Shown in pieces: positions 33,891 through 42,664 of a DNA stretch of 49,131 nucleotides; the stretch's first letter is position 1; every line of letters begins with the position of its first letter. Location: the NCBI GenBank assembly GCA_001797815.1, contig MGQK01000125.1, positions 82,442 through 131,572 of the forward strand, read 5' to 3'. The notes beneath the pieces were generated by a model, which saw nothing but the letters and a program-made list of their open reading frames with translations, was not told where the DNA came from and did not search any database. Both the position numbers and the translations under genes were made by a program. This DNA comes from Deltaproteobacteria bacterium RBG_13_61_14. Its GTDB lineage: Bacteria > RBG-13-61-14.

Positions 33891-36530
33891 CTATTTAATC
33901 TCCAGGATTTTCATCGGCTTCAAGTCGGCCATTAAATAGGCGGTGAGGTCGCCGCGGTGCCGGCTGGGTTCCGGCAGCGGCAGGGTGGTGCGCTTGGAGC
34001 CGTCGGCCAGTCGCTGGCGCCGCAATTCAATATTGTAATTGATCGGCACCGGCTTCCCGGTCTGGTTATCTTTCAACAATATCCCCACCATCACTTGGCG
34101 AGCCTGAGGATCGGTCACCTTCACTTCGCCGACCACCACCTGCTTTTTCGGGTCGTATTCAAATTTGGTGACTTCCACGCCCACGGGTTTCGCGGCCTCG
34201 CCGGCCGGCAAAGGCTCCAGGCGGAAGGTGCCGGTGCTGATGAAGCGGCCCTGGCCGTTGTAAAGGTCCCAGGGCCGCCAGATATGATTGGTAATGTAGC
34301 CTACAACCGTGGGACCGGTGACCAGGGCGGCCGAGAGAAAGCCTTTCATCCCCCCGCCGGAAAGCGTATGGCTGACATAGCTTTGCTGGCCGGCGCTTGC
34401 CTCTTCGCTGGAAACGCTGAGCCTGGTGAGCGCCTTGAGCATGTTGGGAGGCTTCAACTCGGCCCAGAGCGAAGCGCCTCGCTCGACCGTGCCGTCCGCT
34501 CGGATGCGGCCCGAAAGGCGAAAGCGGTCGAGGGGGAACGGGAACGAGCTTTCCTCGAAGAAGCAGTTGTCCGACTCCAGCTCGAAAAAATCTCCTTTGA
34601 CTTTTCCGGAAAAGGCATAGAACAGGCTCCGGGAATCCGGGATGCCCTGCTCCTCTCCGCCCGCGCTCTCCCCGTATTTCTGGACCGCCCAGGCCACAAA
34701 GGTATTCTTCTCCCGGTCCACTTCCACCACCGAGAAGGGGATGCGCATGATCGCAATCCCGATCTGGTCCAGGCTGGGCACGATCGGCGGCTGGGGAAAG
34801 GCCATGTGGGTGATGACAAAGCCGGGATGCTCGCCTTGCAGGAACACGCTCTCGCCCTTCGCCTTTGCAACCTGGAGTTGCAGCACCCCGGAAACCTCGC
34901 CCGAGCCGCCCTCCTGATCTGTATAATCGGCGCTCACCCGAAGCGAGTATTCTTGTCCGGGCGCGAGCATTTCCTCCGGGACAATGGCCACGGTGCGGTC
35001 GTCGCCGAACACTTCCACCCGGAGCGCAAAGGCAGGGCTGGCCGCGGCGCGCACGGAAGCCGGGTCCAGCTTGGCCCGGGCGGTGCGGCCGTTTTGCCGC
35101 ACGATCAGCCGCAGGATCACCACCTGGGAGGGATGCACGGCAAGGGCTTTGCCGGCTTCCGATTTCGGGATCGGATTCCGGTCCATCAGGCCGCCGGGCG
35201 AGACGTCGTGCCACCATGCGCCTTCCTCGTGGAATCCGTCCGAGGGATCGCGGTTGATTCCCGGCGCGCCCTCTTGCAAATAGTAATGGTAAGGAATGTA
35301 AAACACGTCCCCGTTGGCGCTGGCCACGGCCAGGCCGCTCTTGCCGAGCGCGGGCGAGGCATTGAGGTTGGGGTAGTCCACCCGGCCGGCCAGGACCAGG
35401 GTGTCAAAGGACCAGCGGCGGGAGCCGTCGGGTTGAAGGGCAAAGACCTCGCCCTGGCCGCCGCCGAAATACACGAGGTATTCTTCTTTGCCTTCCGGGT
35501 CCGGGCCCAGGACCGGAGAGCTGCGCACGGCATCGCCGGTATAAAAAGTCCAGCGCACTTTTCCGCTGGCGCCGTCAATGGCGTAGAGGAACCCGTCGGT
35601 GGAGGCGACATAGACCGTGCCCTGCGGGTCCAGGGCCGCGGAAGCGTAGATGTGGCTGTCGGTTTGGAGCCTCCACTTGATTTTGCCTCGCTTCGAATCC
35701 AGGGCGTAGAGTTTGCCGTCGAAACTGCCCTGGTAAATCGTGCCATCCGGCGCGAGCGCGGGCGAGGCCACCAGCGGGTTTTCCAGGTTCTTCTTCCACT
35801 TGAGCTTGCCGGTCTCCTGATCGAGCGCGTAGAGCCGCATGTCGAAGCCGGCAAAGTAAAGCGTCCCGTCCGGCCCAAACGCCGGCACCGTCCAGATCAG
35901 GAAACCGGTGCGATGGGCCCATCTCATCTTCCCTTCCGGCGTGATGCTGTAGAAGAAAAAATCATTGTTGCCGGCGTAGAGGTTCTGGTCCGGGCCAAGC
36001 ACCACGTTGCCTTCCCACCAATAATTGGTCCCGAATGTATAAAGCCCCTCCGGCCGGTTCGTGGTGACATCAAAGGCCCAAATCTCACGGCCTTCCTTGT
36101 CCAGGGCATAAAGGGCCGCGCCGGCCGGAACGTAAACCCGGCCGTCTCCGGACAGGGCCGCGGCGGAATCCATCAGCTCCCGCGCGTCGAATTTCCAGAG
36201 CAGCTCGCCCGAGAAGGGGTCCAGGGCGTAAAAATAATGGTCGGCGCTGCCCACGTAGATGCGCTCGTGTTCATCCAGGACCGGGGTGGAAAAGATGCCG
36301 TTGCCGGTCCGCCAGAGGCGGGGCTTGAGGGGAAGGTCCGGGTTCGGATGCCTTTCCAGGAACCGGCCCTGGCCCGTGTTCTGGAGGTTGCCGCGCATGA
36401 CCGGCCAGGGAGCGCCGGGAGGATAAGGGGACGCGGGCTCCGCGCTCGCGGCGGGGATGCCGGTCATGGGAACGGCGCCGAAAAAGACCAGGACCCCGGC
36501 CAGGATTCCAACCGATAATCCTTTTCGCAT
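33891..36530 (-). CDS. PQQ-like beta-propeller repeat protein with a large uncharacterised C-terminal region, secreted
   Basis: The start was chosen at ATG 36530 (MRKGLSVGILAGVLVFFGAVPMTGIPAASA) after GAGGTG. It has repeated ...YVGS.DG.LYALD..TG...W blades across the first ~430 aa. The remaining ~450 aa show no motif I recognise. Confidence 0.8.
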   Translation of the reverse strand: MRKGLSVGILAGVLVFFGAVPMTGIPAASAEPASPYPPGAPWPVMRGNLQNTGQGRFLERHPNPDLPLKPRLWRTGNGIFSTPVLDEHERIYVGSADHYFYALDPFSGELLWKFDARELMDSAAALSGDGRVYVPAGAALYALDKEGREIWAFDVTTNRPEGLYTFGTNYWWEGNVVLGPDQNLYAGNNDFFFYSITPEGKMRWAHRTGFLIWTVPAFGPDGTLYFAGFDMRLYALDQETGKLKWKKNLENPLVASPALAPDGTIYQGSFDGKLYALDSKRGKIKWRLQTDSHIYASAALDPQGTVYVASTDGFLYAIDGASGKVRWTFYTGDAVRSSPVLGPDPEGKEEYLVYFGGGQGEVFALQPDGSRRWSFDTLVLAGRVDYPNLNASPALGKSGLAVASANGDVFYIPYHYYLQEGAPGINRDPSDGFHEEGAWWHDVSPGGLMDRNPIPKSEAGKALAVHPSQVVILRLIVRQNGRTARAKLDPASVRAAASPAFALRVEVFGDDRTVAIVPEEMLAPGQEYSLRVSADYTDQEGGSGEVSGVLQLQVAKAKGESVFLQGEHPGFVITHMAFPQPPIVPSLDQIGIAIMRIPFSVVEVDREKNTFVAWAVQKYGESAGGEEQGIPDSRSLFYAFSGKVKGDFFELESDNCFFEESSFPFPLDRFRLSGRIRADGTVERGASLWAELKPPNMLKALTRLSVSSEEASAGQQSYVSHTLSGGGMKGFLSAALVTGPTVVGYITNHIWRPWDLYNGQGRFISTGTFRLEPLPAGEAAKPVGVEVTKFEYDPKKQVVVGEVKVTDPQARQVMVGILLKDNQTGKPVPINYNIELRRQRLADGSKRTTLPLPEPSRHRGDLTAYLMADLKPMKILEIK

Positions 36531-36694
36531 CGCAACACCTCGCCTTTTCTCGGATCTGTAGCGTTTCATTACATCCGACCGTCCGCAGCTTGTCAAACCT
36601 GAATTCCCGGAGAGCCTTTCGCGCCGGGGTTGAACTCTCTTTACCTTTACTGATATCCTTAAGGCACTGTTTCGCCCAAAGGAGGGACCGGGCC

Positions 36695-38497
36695 ATGGCC
36701 GAGAAGTTTGTGAGTATGCGCAACCTGAAGTTCCTGCTTTACGAAATGTTCGAGGCGGAGTCGCTCACCCGCTATCCCTATTTCCAGGAGCACAGCCGGG
36801 AGATTTTCGACCTGGTCCTGGACACGGGCATGCGGCTGGGCAAGGAGCTATTGTTCCCGTGCTTTTCCGAGATGGACAAGAAGCCGCCGGAGTTCGTGAA
36901 CGGCGAGGTCAAGGTCCATCCCCTGGTCAAGGTGATAATGCGGGAATGCGGAGAAGGCGGCTGGATCGGCGCCCAGGCCGCTTACGAGCACGGCGGCCAG
37001 CAGATGCCGAATCTGATCATGTCCGCTTTCCGCTGCATCTTTTCCGCGGCCAATTATTCCGCCGCGGTCTATCCCTTCCTCACCACCGGCGCGGCCTTTC
37101 TCATCCTGTCCTTCGGCTCCAAAGAGTTGATCGAGACTTACGTGCCCAAGATGTTCGCCGGCGAGTGGCAGGGCACCATGGCCCTGACCGAGCCCCAGGC
37201 CGGAAGCTCGCTCACCGACCTCACCACCACCGCCTATCCCACAGATCAGGGCTATTACAAGATCAAGGGGCAGAAGATCTTTATCTCCGCGGCGGAGCAC
37301 GACGGGGGGGCGAACGTGGTCAACCTGCTCCTGGCCCGGATCCAGGGCGCGCCGGCGGGAGTGAAGGGCATCTCGCTCTTCGTGGCGCCCAAGCTCCGGC
37401 CCGAAGGCGGCAAGCTCGTGCCCAATGACCTGCAATGCGCCGGGATCTATCACAAGCTCGGCTACCGGGGCTCGCCCATCACCCAGCTGGCGCTCGGCGA
37501 GAACAACGACTGCCGGGGCTTTTTAGTCGGCCAGCCGCACCAGGGGCTCAAGTATATGTTCCAGATGATGAACGAGGCGCGGATTGACGTGGGCCTGGGC
37601 GCGGTGGCCATCGCCTCGGCCGCTTATTACGCTTCGCTCCAGTATGCGCAGGAGCGGCCCCAGGGCCGGAAGGTCACTTCCAAGGACCCGACCCAGCCCC
37701 AGGTGCCGATCATCGAGCACGCCGACATCAAGCGCATGCTCCTGTTCCAGCGGGCGGTGGTGGAAGGCTCGCTTTCCCTGATCTTCCAGTGCGCCAAGTG
37801 GGTGGACCTGGCCCACGTGCTGAGCGGAGACGAGAAGGATAGGTATGAGTTGCTCCTGGACATCCTGACGCCGGTGGCCAAGAGCTATCCCTCGGAGATG
37901 GGGATCCTGTCGGTGAGCGCCGGCCTGCAATGCCTGGGCGGATACGGCTATTGCGAAGAGTTCCCGCTCGAGCAGCACTGGCGCGACGCCCGCATCCATC
38001 CCATCCACGAGGGCACCACCGGTATCCAGGGCATGGACCTCTTGGGCCGCAAGGTGGTGATGAAGGACGGCCGGGCGTTCATGCTCTACCTGGAAGAGGC
38101 GGGCAAGACCATCCAGGAAGCCAAAGGGCTCCGCGAGCTGGCGCCTTTCGCCCAAGCCCTGGCCGAAGCCCTGGACAAGCTGAAGCGAGTCACCGGGCAT
38201 TTGACCGGGATCGCGCTCAAGGGCGAGATCGAGCTGTTCCTGGCCGACGCCACGCTCTACCTCGAAATGTTCGGGATCGTCGCCATCGCCTGGCAGTGGC
38301 TCGCGCAGGCGGTGGTCGCGCAAAAGGCGCTGGCGAAAAATCCCGCCGAGGCTGATGCCAACTTTTACCAGGGGAAGCTTTTCACCTGCCGCTACTTCTT
38401 CGGCTACGAGCTGCCCAAGATCGAGGGCCTGGCGGCGCGGCTGCTCACCGGCGACGGCCTGACCGTGGCCATGAAGCAGGAGTTCTTTCAGGATTGA
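36695..38497 (+). CDS. Acyl-CoA dehydrogenase (long FadE-type with an extra C-terminal domain)
   Basis: ATG 36695 follows AAAGGAGGG. The patterns GTMALTEPQAGSSL and IHPIHEGTTGIQ are characteristic of ACADs. Its 600-aa length indicates the extended subfamily. Confidence 0.85.
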   Translation: MAEKFVSMRNLKFLLYEMFEAESLTRYPYFQEHSREIFDLVLDTGMRLGKELLFPCFSEMDKKPPEFVNGEVKVHPLVKVIMRECGEGGWIGAQAAYEHGGQQMPNLIMSAFRCIFSAANYSAAVYPFLTTGAAFLILSFGSKELIETYVPKMFAGEWQGTMALTEPQAGSSLTDLTTTAYPTDQGYYKIKGQKIFISAAEHDGGANVVNLLLARIQGAPAGVKGISLFVAPKLRPEGGKLVPNDLQCAGIYHKLGYRGSPITQLALGENNDCRGFLVGQPHQGLKYMFQMMNEARIDVGLGAVAIASAAYYASLQYAQERPQGRKVTSKDPTQPQVPIIEHADIKRMLLFQRAVVEGSLSLIFQCAKWVDLAHVLSGDEKDRYELLLDILTPVAKSYPSEMGILSVSAGLQCLGGYGYCEEFPLEQHWRDARIHPIHEGTTGIQGMDLLGRKVVMKDGRAFMLYLEEAGKTIQEAKGLRELAPFAQALAEALDKLKRVTGHLTGIALKGEIELFLADATLYLEMFGIVAIAWQWLAQAVVAQKALAKNPAEADANFYQGKLFTCRYFFGYELPKIEGLAARLLTGDGLTVAMKQEFFQD

Positions 38498-38530
38498 ATT
38501 TTAATGAATCGGTAGTAAGGGGAGAGGAAA

Positions 38531-40156
38531 ATGAAAATGCGAGGGGTGATGTTTAGCGGTTTCCTGATCTTGATATTGTCCGCCGCGACCGCAGCCTGGG
38601 CGGAGGACATTTGCTCGGAGCCGGTCAAAACCGCGGCCGGCCTGGTGAGCGGGCATGAGGACGCCCAGACCGCGACCTGCTTCTGGAAAGGCATCCCTTA
38701 TGCCGCGCCGCCGGAGGGAGAGCTTCGTTTCCGGGCGCCGCAGCCCAAGCCGGCCTGGTCGGGCGTGCTGGACGCCGGTTCTTACGGGGACCAGTGCATG
38801 CAGGTGCTGGCTGGAGATAAGGCCCGGAAGCACATGTCCGAGGACTGCCTTTACCTGAACGTCTGGCGGCCGAAGCAGTCGGGATCTTTCCCGGTCATGG
38901 TCTGGATCCACGGCGGGGGCTACATCATGGGCAGCGGTGGCCGGGGCGGCACCGGGTTTAGTTTTGATGGGGGCCGGCTGGTCGAGTTCGGGGACGTGGT
39001 GGTGGTGACGATCAACTACCGGCTCCACGCCTTCGGCTTCCTGGCCGACCCGGGGTTGCGGGCGGAGGACCCGAACCGCTCGACCGGCAGCTACGGCTCG
39101 CTCGACCAGGCGGCCGCGATCCGCTGGGTGCACGACAACATCGCCGGGTTCGGCGGCGACCCGGGAAACCTCACCATCTTCGGCGAGAGCGCCGGCGGCT
39201 GGTCCATCTGCACCATGCTGGCCACCCCTTTGAACCAGGGGATGATCCAGCGCGCCATCCTGGAGAGCGGCGGGTGTGAGAAGAGCGAAAGCCTGGAGCA
39301 GGGCTACGAGAAGGCCAAGATTGTCTGGGAGCGGATCGGCTGCGACCCGGGCGACCTCGCCTGCCTGCGGGCGGCGCCGGCCGAGAAGTTCCTGGGCGGG
39401 CTCAGGGACTTGTATCGCGAAGGCATGCCCTACGCTCCGCACGAGGACGGCTACCTCCTCACCGGCACTCCGCTTTCCATGATCCGCGCCGGCCATTACA
39501 ACCGCGTTCCCTTCATCGCCGGCAGCAACCGCAACGAGGCGGATGCGGTCTTGTTTTTCCGGCGCAAGCTCTGGCGCGCCCGGCCGGCGCAATACGAGAA
39601 CCGGCTGCAAAGCTTCCTGGGCCTGGACCAGGCCGGAGCGGCGGAGCTGGCCCGGCTTTACCCCCTCGGCGAATTCGGCCCGAAACCGCGCCAGGCTTTC
39701 GGCCGCGCCTTTACCGACGCCAGCCTTGCCTGCCCCACCTACCTGGGCCTGGCCGCGGCCGCGGAGCTGGAGGACGCGGCTTATTTATACCGTTTCGATT
39801 ACGACGACACGAAGTATGGCCGGCGCATCGGCGCCCTGCACGCGATGGAGGTGCCCTTGGTGTTCGGCGCGCTCAAGAAGCCGTTCTATAACGAGAAGAA
39901 CCTGGAGGGCGCGAAAGCACTTTCGCGGGTGATGCAGGGCTATTGGACCAACTTTGCCAAGAGCGGGGACCCCAACGGCCCGGGCCTTCCCGAGTGGCCC
40001 CGGTTCACGAACGAGAACCAGCTTCGGCTGATCCTGGATACCGAGGTCAAAGCCGAGCCGGCGGACATGAAAGACCGGTGCGCTTTCTGGGACGCCTACT
40101 ACGACGACCACCCGGGTTTTGAAGGGACGTTGGGAAAAAAGCAAGGGGGAAAATAG
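38531..40156 (+). CDS. Type-B carboxylesterase/lipase family protein (PnbA-like), secreted, copy 1
   Basis: It has a signal peptide, EDCLYLNVWRP, the oxyanion loop WIHGGGY and the nucleophile elbow GESAGG. Confidence 0.9.
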   Translation: MKMRGVMFSGFLILILSAATAAWAEDICSEPVKTAAGLVSGHEDAQTATCFWKGIPYAAPPEGELRFRAPQPKPAWSGVLDAGSYGDQCMQVLAGDKARKHMSEDCLYLNVWRPKQSGSFPVMVWIHGGGYIMGSGGRGGTGFSFDGGRLVEFGDVVVVTINYRLHAFGFLADPGLRAEDPNRSTGSYGSLDQAAAIRWVHDNIAGFGGDPGNLTIFGESAGGWSICTMLATPLNQGMIQRAILESGGCEKSESLEQGYEKAKIVWERIGCDPGDLACLRAAPAEKFLGGLRDLYREGMPYAPHEDGYLLTGTPLSMIRAGHYNRVPFIAGSNRNEADAVLFFRRKLWRARPAQYENRLQSFLGLDQAGAAELARLYPLGEFGPKPRQAFGRAFTDASLACPTYLGLAAAAELEDAAYLYRFDYDDTKYGRRIGALHAMEVPLVFGALKKPFYNEKNLEGAKALSRVMQGYWTNFAKSGDPNGPGLPEWPRFTNENQLRLILDTEVKAEPADMKDRCAFWDAYYDDHPGFEGTLGKKQGGK

Positions 40157-40183
40157 CAGTCCATCCGGAGAAGGGAGGCGGCG

Positions 40184-41809
40184 ATGCGCTTGATCCACAA
40201 AGCGATGGCGGGCATGATCGGGCTGTTGGTTCTGGTCAGCCTGAGTCCGCTGCGCGCGGAAGAAAGAGGGATTTGCTCCGAGCCGGTGAGCACGACCGAG
40301 GGCTTGATCCAGGGACAAACCGTGCCCGGTCATGCCGCCTGCGCCTGGAAGGGCATCCCTTATGCAGCGCCGCCGGTGGGAGAACTGCGCTGGCGGACGC
40401 CGGAGCCGCCGAGGCCGCATGCCGGCGTGCTCCGGGCTTTGGAGGTCGGCTCTTCGTGCCCGCAGGACGAGGTCTTGACCTCGGGCGGCGAGAGCGCGGC
40501 GTTCAGCGAGGACTGCCTGACCCTGAACATCTGGCGGCCGCAGAAGTCGGGCGCCTTCCCGGTCATGGTCTGGATCCATGGCGGGGCATACCGCGAAGGC
40601 GCCGGCACCTACCAGATGTATGACGGCTCGCGGCTGGCTGCGGAGCGGGAGGTGGTGCTGGTGACGATCAACTACCGGATCGGCGCGCTGGGTTTCCTGG
40701 CCCTGCCCGAGCTTAAGGCGGAAGACCCGCACCAGAGCGTGGGCAATTACGGCATCCTTGACCAGATCCGGGCCCTGCAATGGGTGCAGGACAACATCGC
40801 CGGCTTCGGCGGCGATCCGAACAACGTCACCATTTTCGGCCAGTCCGCGGGCGGGATCAGCGTCTGCATCCTGCTCGCCTCCCCTCCGGCGGCCGGGCTT
40901 TTCCACCGGGCGATCAACATGAGCGGCGCCTGCGACACCATCAGCTCTTTGGAAAGGGGATACCGGCAGGGGCGGAAATTAACCGAGGCGCTGGGATGCG
41001 CGGGCGCGGAGGTTGTGAGCTGCCTGCGGCGGAAGCCGGCCGAGGCGTTCGTGCCCAAGGGCAAGAGCCTGCTCCGCTCCAGCGGCGAGGGCCACTCCCC
41101 GCCGATTGACGGCTACGTGCTCTTGGCCCAGCCGATCGAGAGCATCCGCGCCGGAAATTACAACCAGGTCCCGGTCATGGTCGGCCACACCCGGGACGAG
41201 ATCCGGCTCTACACTTTAGTTTTCCCAGGCTTGAGCCTGGTCCCGCGCTTCCTGGTCAACAAGCTCGCGCGGCGGGTGCTCGGCGACCAGACCGATGAGA
41301 TCATGGCCCTTTATTCCTATTCGGACTACCGGCACCCGGCCCAGCTTCTGATCGCGGTGGCGGATGACGGCTTTATCTCGCGCGGCTATTTTGCGGCGGA
41401 GGAGCTCTGCCGGCGGACGCCGGTTTACCTTTATCGCTTTGACTGGAACAAGACCCGGCTCTCCGACAAGATGGGCGCGTTCCACGGCCTGGACATCCCC
41501 TTTGTTTACGGCGCGCTCGACCTGGACTCGAGGATCGCCCGGATTCTGGCGAGCAAGAAGGTTTACGAAGAGGCGCGGCCGCTCTCCGAGCAGTTGATGT
41601 CTTACTACACCAACTTCGCCCGGACCGGAGATCCCAACGGCCCGGGTCTTCCGGCCTGGCCGGCCTATACCACGGAGAATAAAATGCGGCTTTACTTCGA
41701 CCTGCCCGTCACCGTGGCCCCGCTCACGCCGCAGGAAATCGAGCGCTACCAGGCTTTCCAGGATTTGGACCTGGAAGCGATCTATCGCGAGCCGGAGCCA
41801 AACCCCTGA
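40184..41809 (+). CDS. Type-B carboxylesterase/lipase family protein, secreted, copy 2 (tandem paralogue)
   Basis: Same length (541 aa) and colinear motifs: EDCLTLNIWRP, WIHGGAY, GQSAGG. Confidence 0.9.
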   Translation: MRLIHKAMAGMIGLLVLVSLSPLRAEERGICSEPVSTTEGLIQGQTVPGHAACAWKGIPYAAPPVGELRWRTPEPPRPHAGVLRALEVGSSCPQDEVLTSGGESAAFSEDCLTLNIWRPQKSGAFPVMVWIHGGAYREGAGTYQMYDGSRLAAEREVVLVTINYRIGALGFLALPELKAEDPHQSVGNYGILDQIRALQWVQDNIAGFGGDPNNVTIFGQSAGGISVCILLASPPAAGLFHRAINMSGACDTISSLERGYRQGRKLTEALGCAGAEVVSCLRRKPAEAFVPKGKSLLRSSGEGHSPPIDGYVLLAQPIESIRAGNYNQVPVMVGHTRDEIRLYTLVFPGLSLVPRFLVNKLARRVLGDQTDEIMALYSYSDYRHPAQLLIAVADDGFISRGYFAAEELCRRTPVYLYRFDWNKTRLSDKMGAFHGLDIPFVYGALDLDSRIARILASKKVYEEARPLSEQLMSYYTNFARTGDPNGPGLPAWPAYTTENKMRLYFDLPVTVAPLTPQEIERYQAFQDLDLEAIYREPEPNP

Positions 41810-41842
41810 GGCCGGGGGATTGAAGGAAAAACCGGCCCCGAT

Positions 41843-41980
41843 CTTGCCCACCCCCATTTTTTCGGTGGGTCTATCGTAGGGGCGCGATTGATCGCGCCCT
41901 TACAAAGCCGGGGCGCAATGAATTGCGCCCCTACATCGGCCGAAAATACGCGGTGCACGTAAAAAATGGGGGTGGGCAAG
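41843..41980. repeat. Nested palindromic element: perfect 20-bp inverted repeat (cttgcccacccccatttttt / aaaaaatgggggtgggcaag) enclosing two GGGGCGC...GCGCCCC hairpins
   Basis: The arms are at 41843-41862 and 41961-41980. The inner hairpins are at 41880-41899 and 41910-41931. Confidence 0.9.
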
Positions 41981-42019
41981 CGGCCCAATCACTTGATTAG
42001 TCCCGCCGTTCTCGTTATC

Positions 42020-42664
42020 ATGGCATGGCAGCAAGGGGGGAAATTTTTGGCGCGCGCGGATTATACAAAGCCGGACTTTTACGCCCGCAAGGCCAAGGAG
42101 CGGGGCTTTGCCGCCCGCTCGGTTTTCAAGCTGGAAGAGTTGGACCGGAAGGAGAAACTGCTCCGGCGCGGGGCGCGGGTGCTGGACCTGGGCGCCGCGC
42201 CCGGCTCCTGGATGCAATACGCGGCCGGGCAGGTGGGCGACAAGGGACTGGTGGTCGGGGTGGATCTCAAGGAGCTTTCCCGGCCGCTTCAGCCGAACGA
42301 GCGTTTTCTCCAGGCCGACGTGTTCGAGCTTTCCGGCGAAGAGTTGCTCTCGCGCTTCGGGGTCTTTGACCTGGTGCAGAGCGACCTGGCGCCGGCGACT
42401 ATGGGCGACAAGGCCACCGACCATTTCCGCAGCATCGCCCTGGCCGAGCGGGCGCTGGCCCTGGCCCGGCGGCTCTTGCGGCCCGGCGGCCACTTCCTGG
42501 TCAAGGCCTTCCAGGGCGCGGACTTCGACGCCTTCGCGCGCTCGGTGCGGGGAAGCTTCCGCACGGTCAAGCTGAAGAAGCCGAAGGGCTCCCGCGCCAC
42601 CAGCCCGGAGATGTATATCCTGGGGCGCGAGTTTCAGCGAATCGAGGAGGAAGACGATGCCTAA
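42020..42664 (+). CDS. rlmE: 23S rRNA (uridine-2'-O)-methyltransferase RlmE/FtsJ
   Basis: The pattern RSVFKLEELDRKEKLL...VLDLGAAPGSWMQY...SDLAP...KAFQG is typical of RlmE. The start at ATG 42020 avoids translating the upstream palindrome. Confidence 0.85.
   Translation: MAWQQGGKFLARADYTKPDFYARKAKERGFAARSVFKLEELDRKEKLLRRGARVLDLGAAPGSWMQYAAGQVGDKGLVVGVDLKELSRPLQPNERFLQADVFELSGEELLSRFGVFDLVQSDLAPATMGDKATDHFRSIALAERALALARRLLRPGGHFLVKAFQGADFDAFARSVRGSFRTVKLKKPKGSRATSPEMYILGREFQRIEEEDDA

Noticed and set aside
33482-33898. 138-aa ORF in the gene-free tract (MSRCQVSWCQVSWFGF...LTLSLEGRGEGEGD...)
   Set aside because: It is a read-through of tandem heptamers and GC palindromes: the repeated peptide CQVSW comes from GTGTCA repeats and the EGRGEGEG peptide from the palindrome. 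There is no SD and no domain.
33957-36518. Very long antisense ORFs opposite well-supported genes. Examples: 853 aa opposite the PQQ-propeller gene, 521 aa at 25418-26983 opposite bamA, 570 aa at 44451-46163, 452 aa at 2179-3537 and 472 aa at 29410-30828.
   Set aside because: Their translations are dominated by Arg/Gly/Ala/Pro/His runs and carry no motifs, while the opposite strand encodes proteins with clear family signatures. Long stop-free shadow frames are expected in G+C-rich DNA.
41782-41988. 68-aa minus-strand ORF containing VGAQFIAPRL and GAINRAPT
   Set aside because: These peptides are the translation of the GGGGCGCAAT..ATTGCGCCCC-type hairpins. The ORF lies wholly inside the nested palindromic element.
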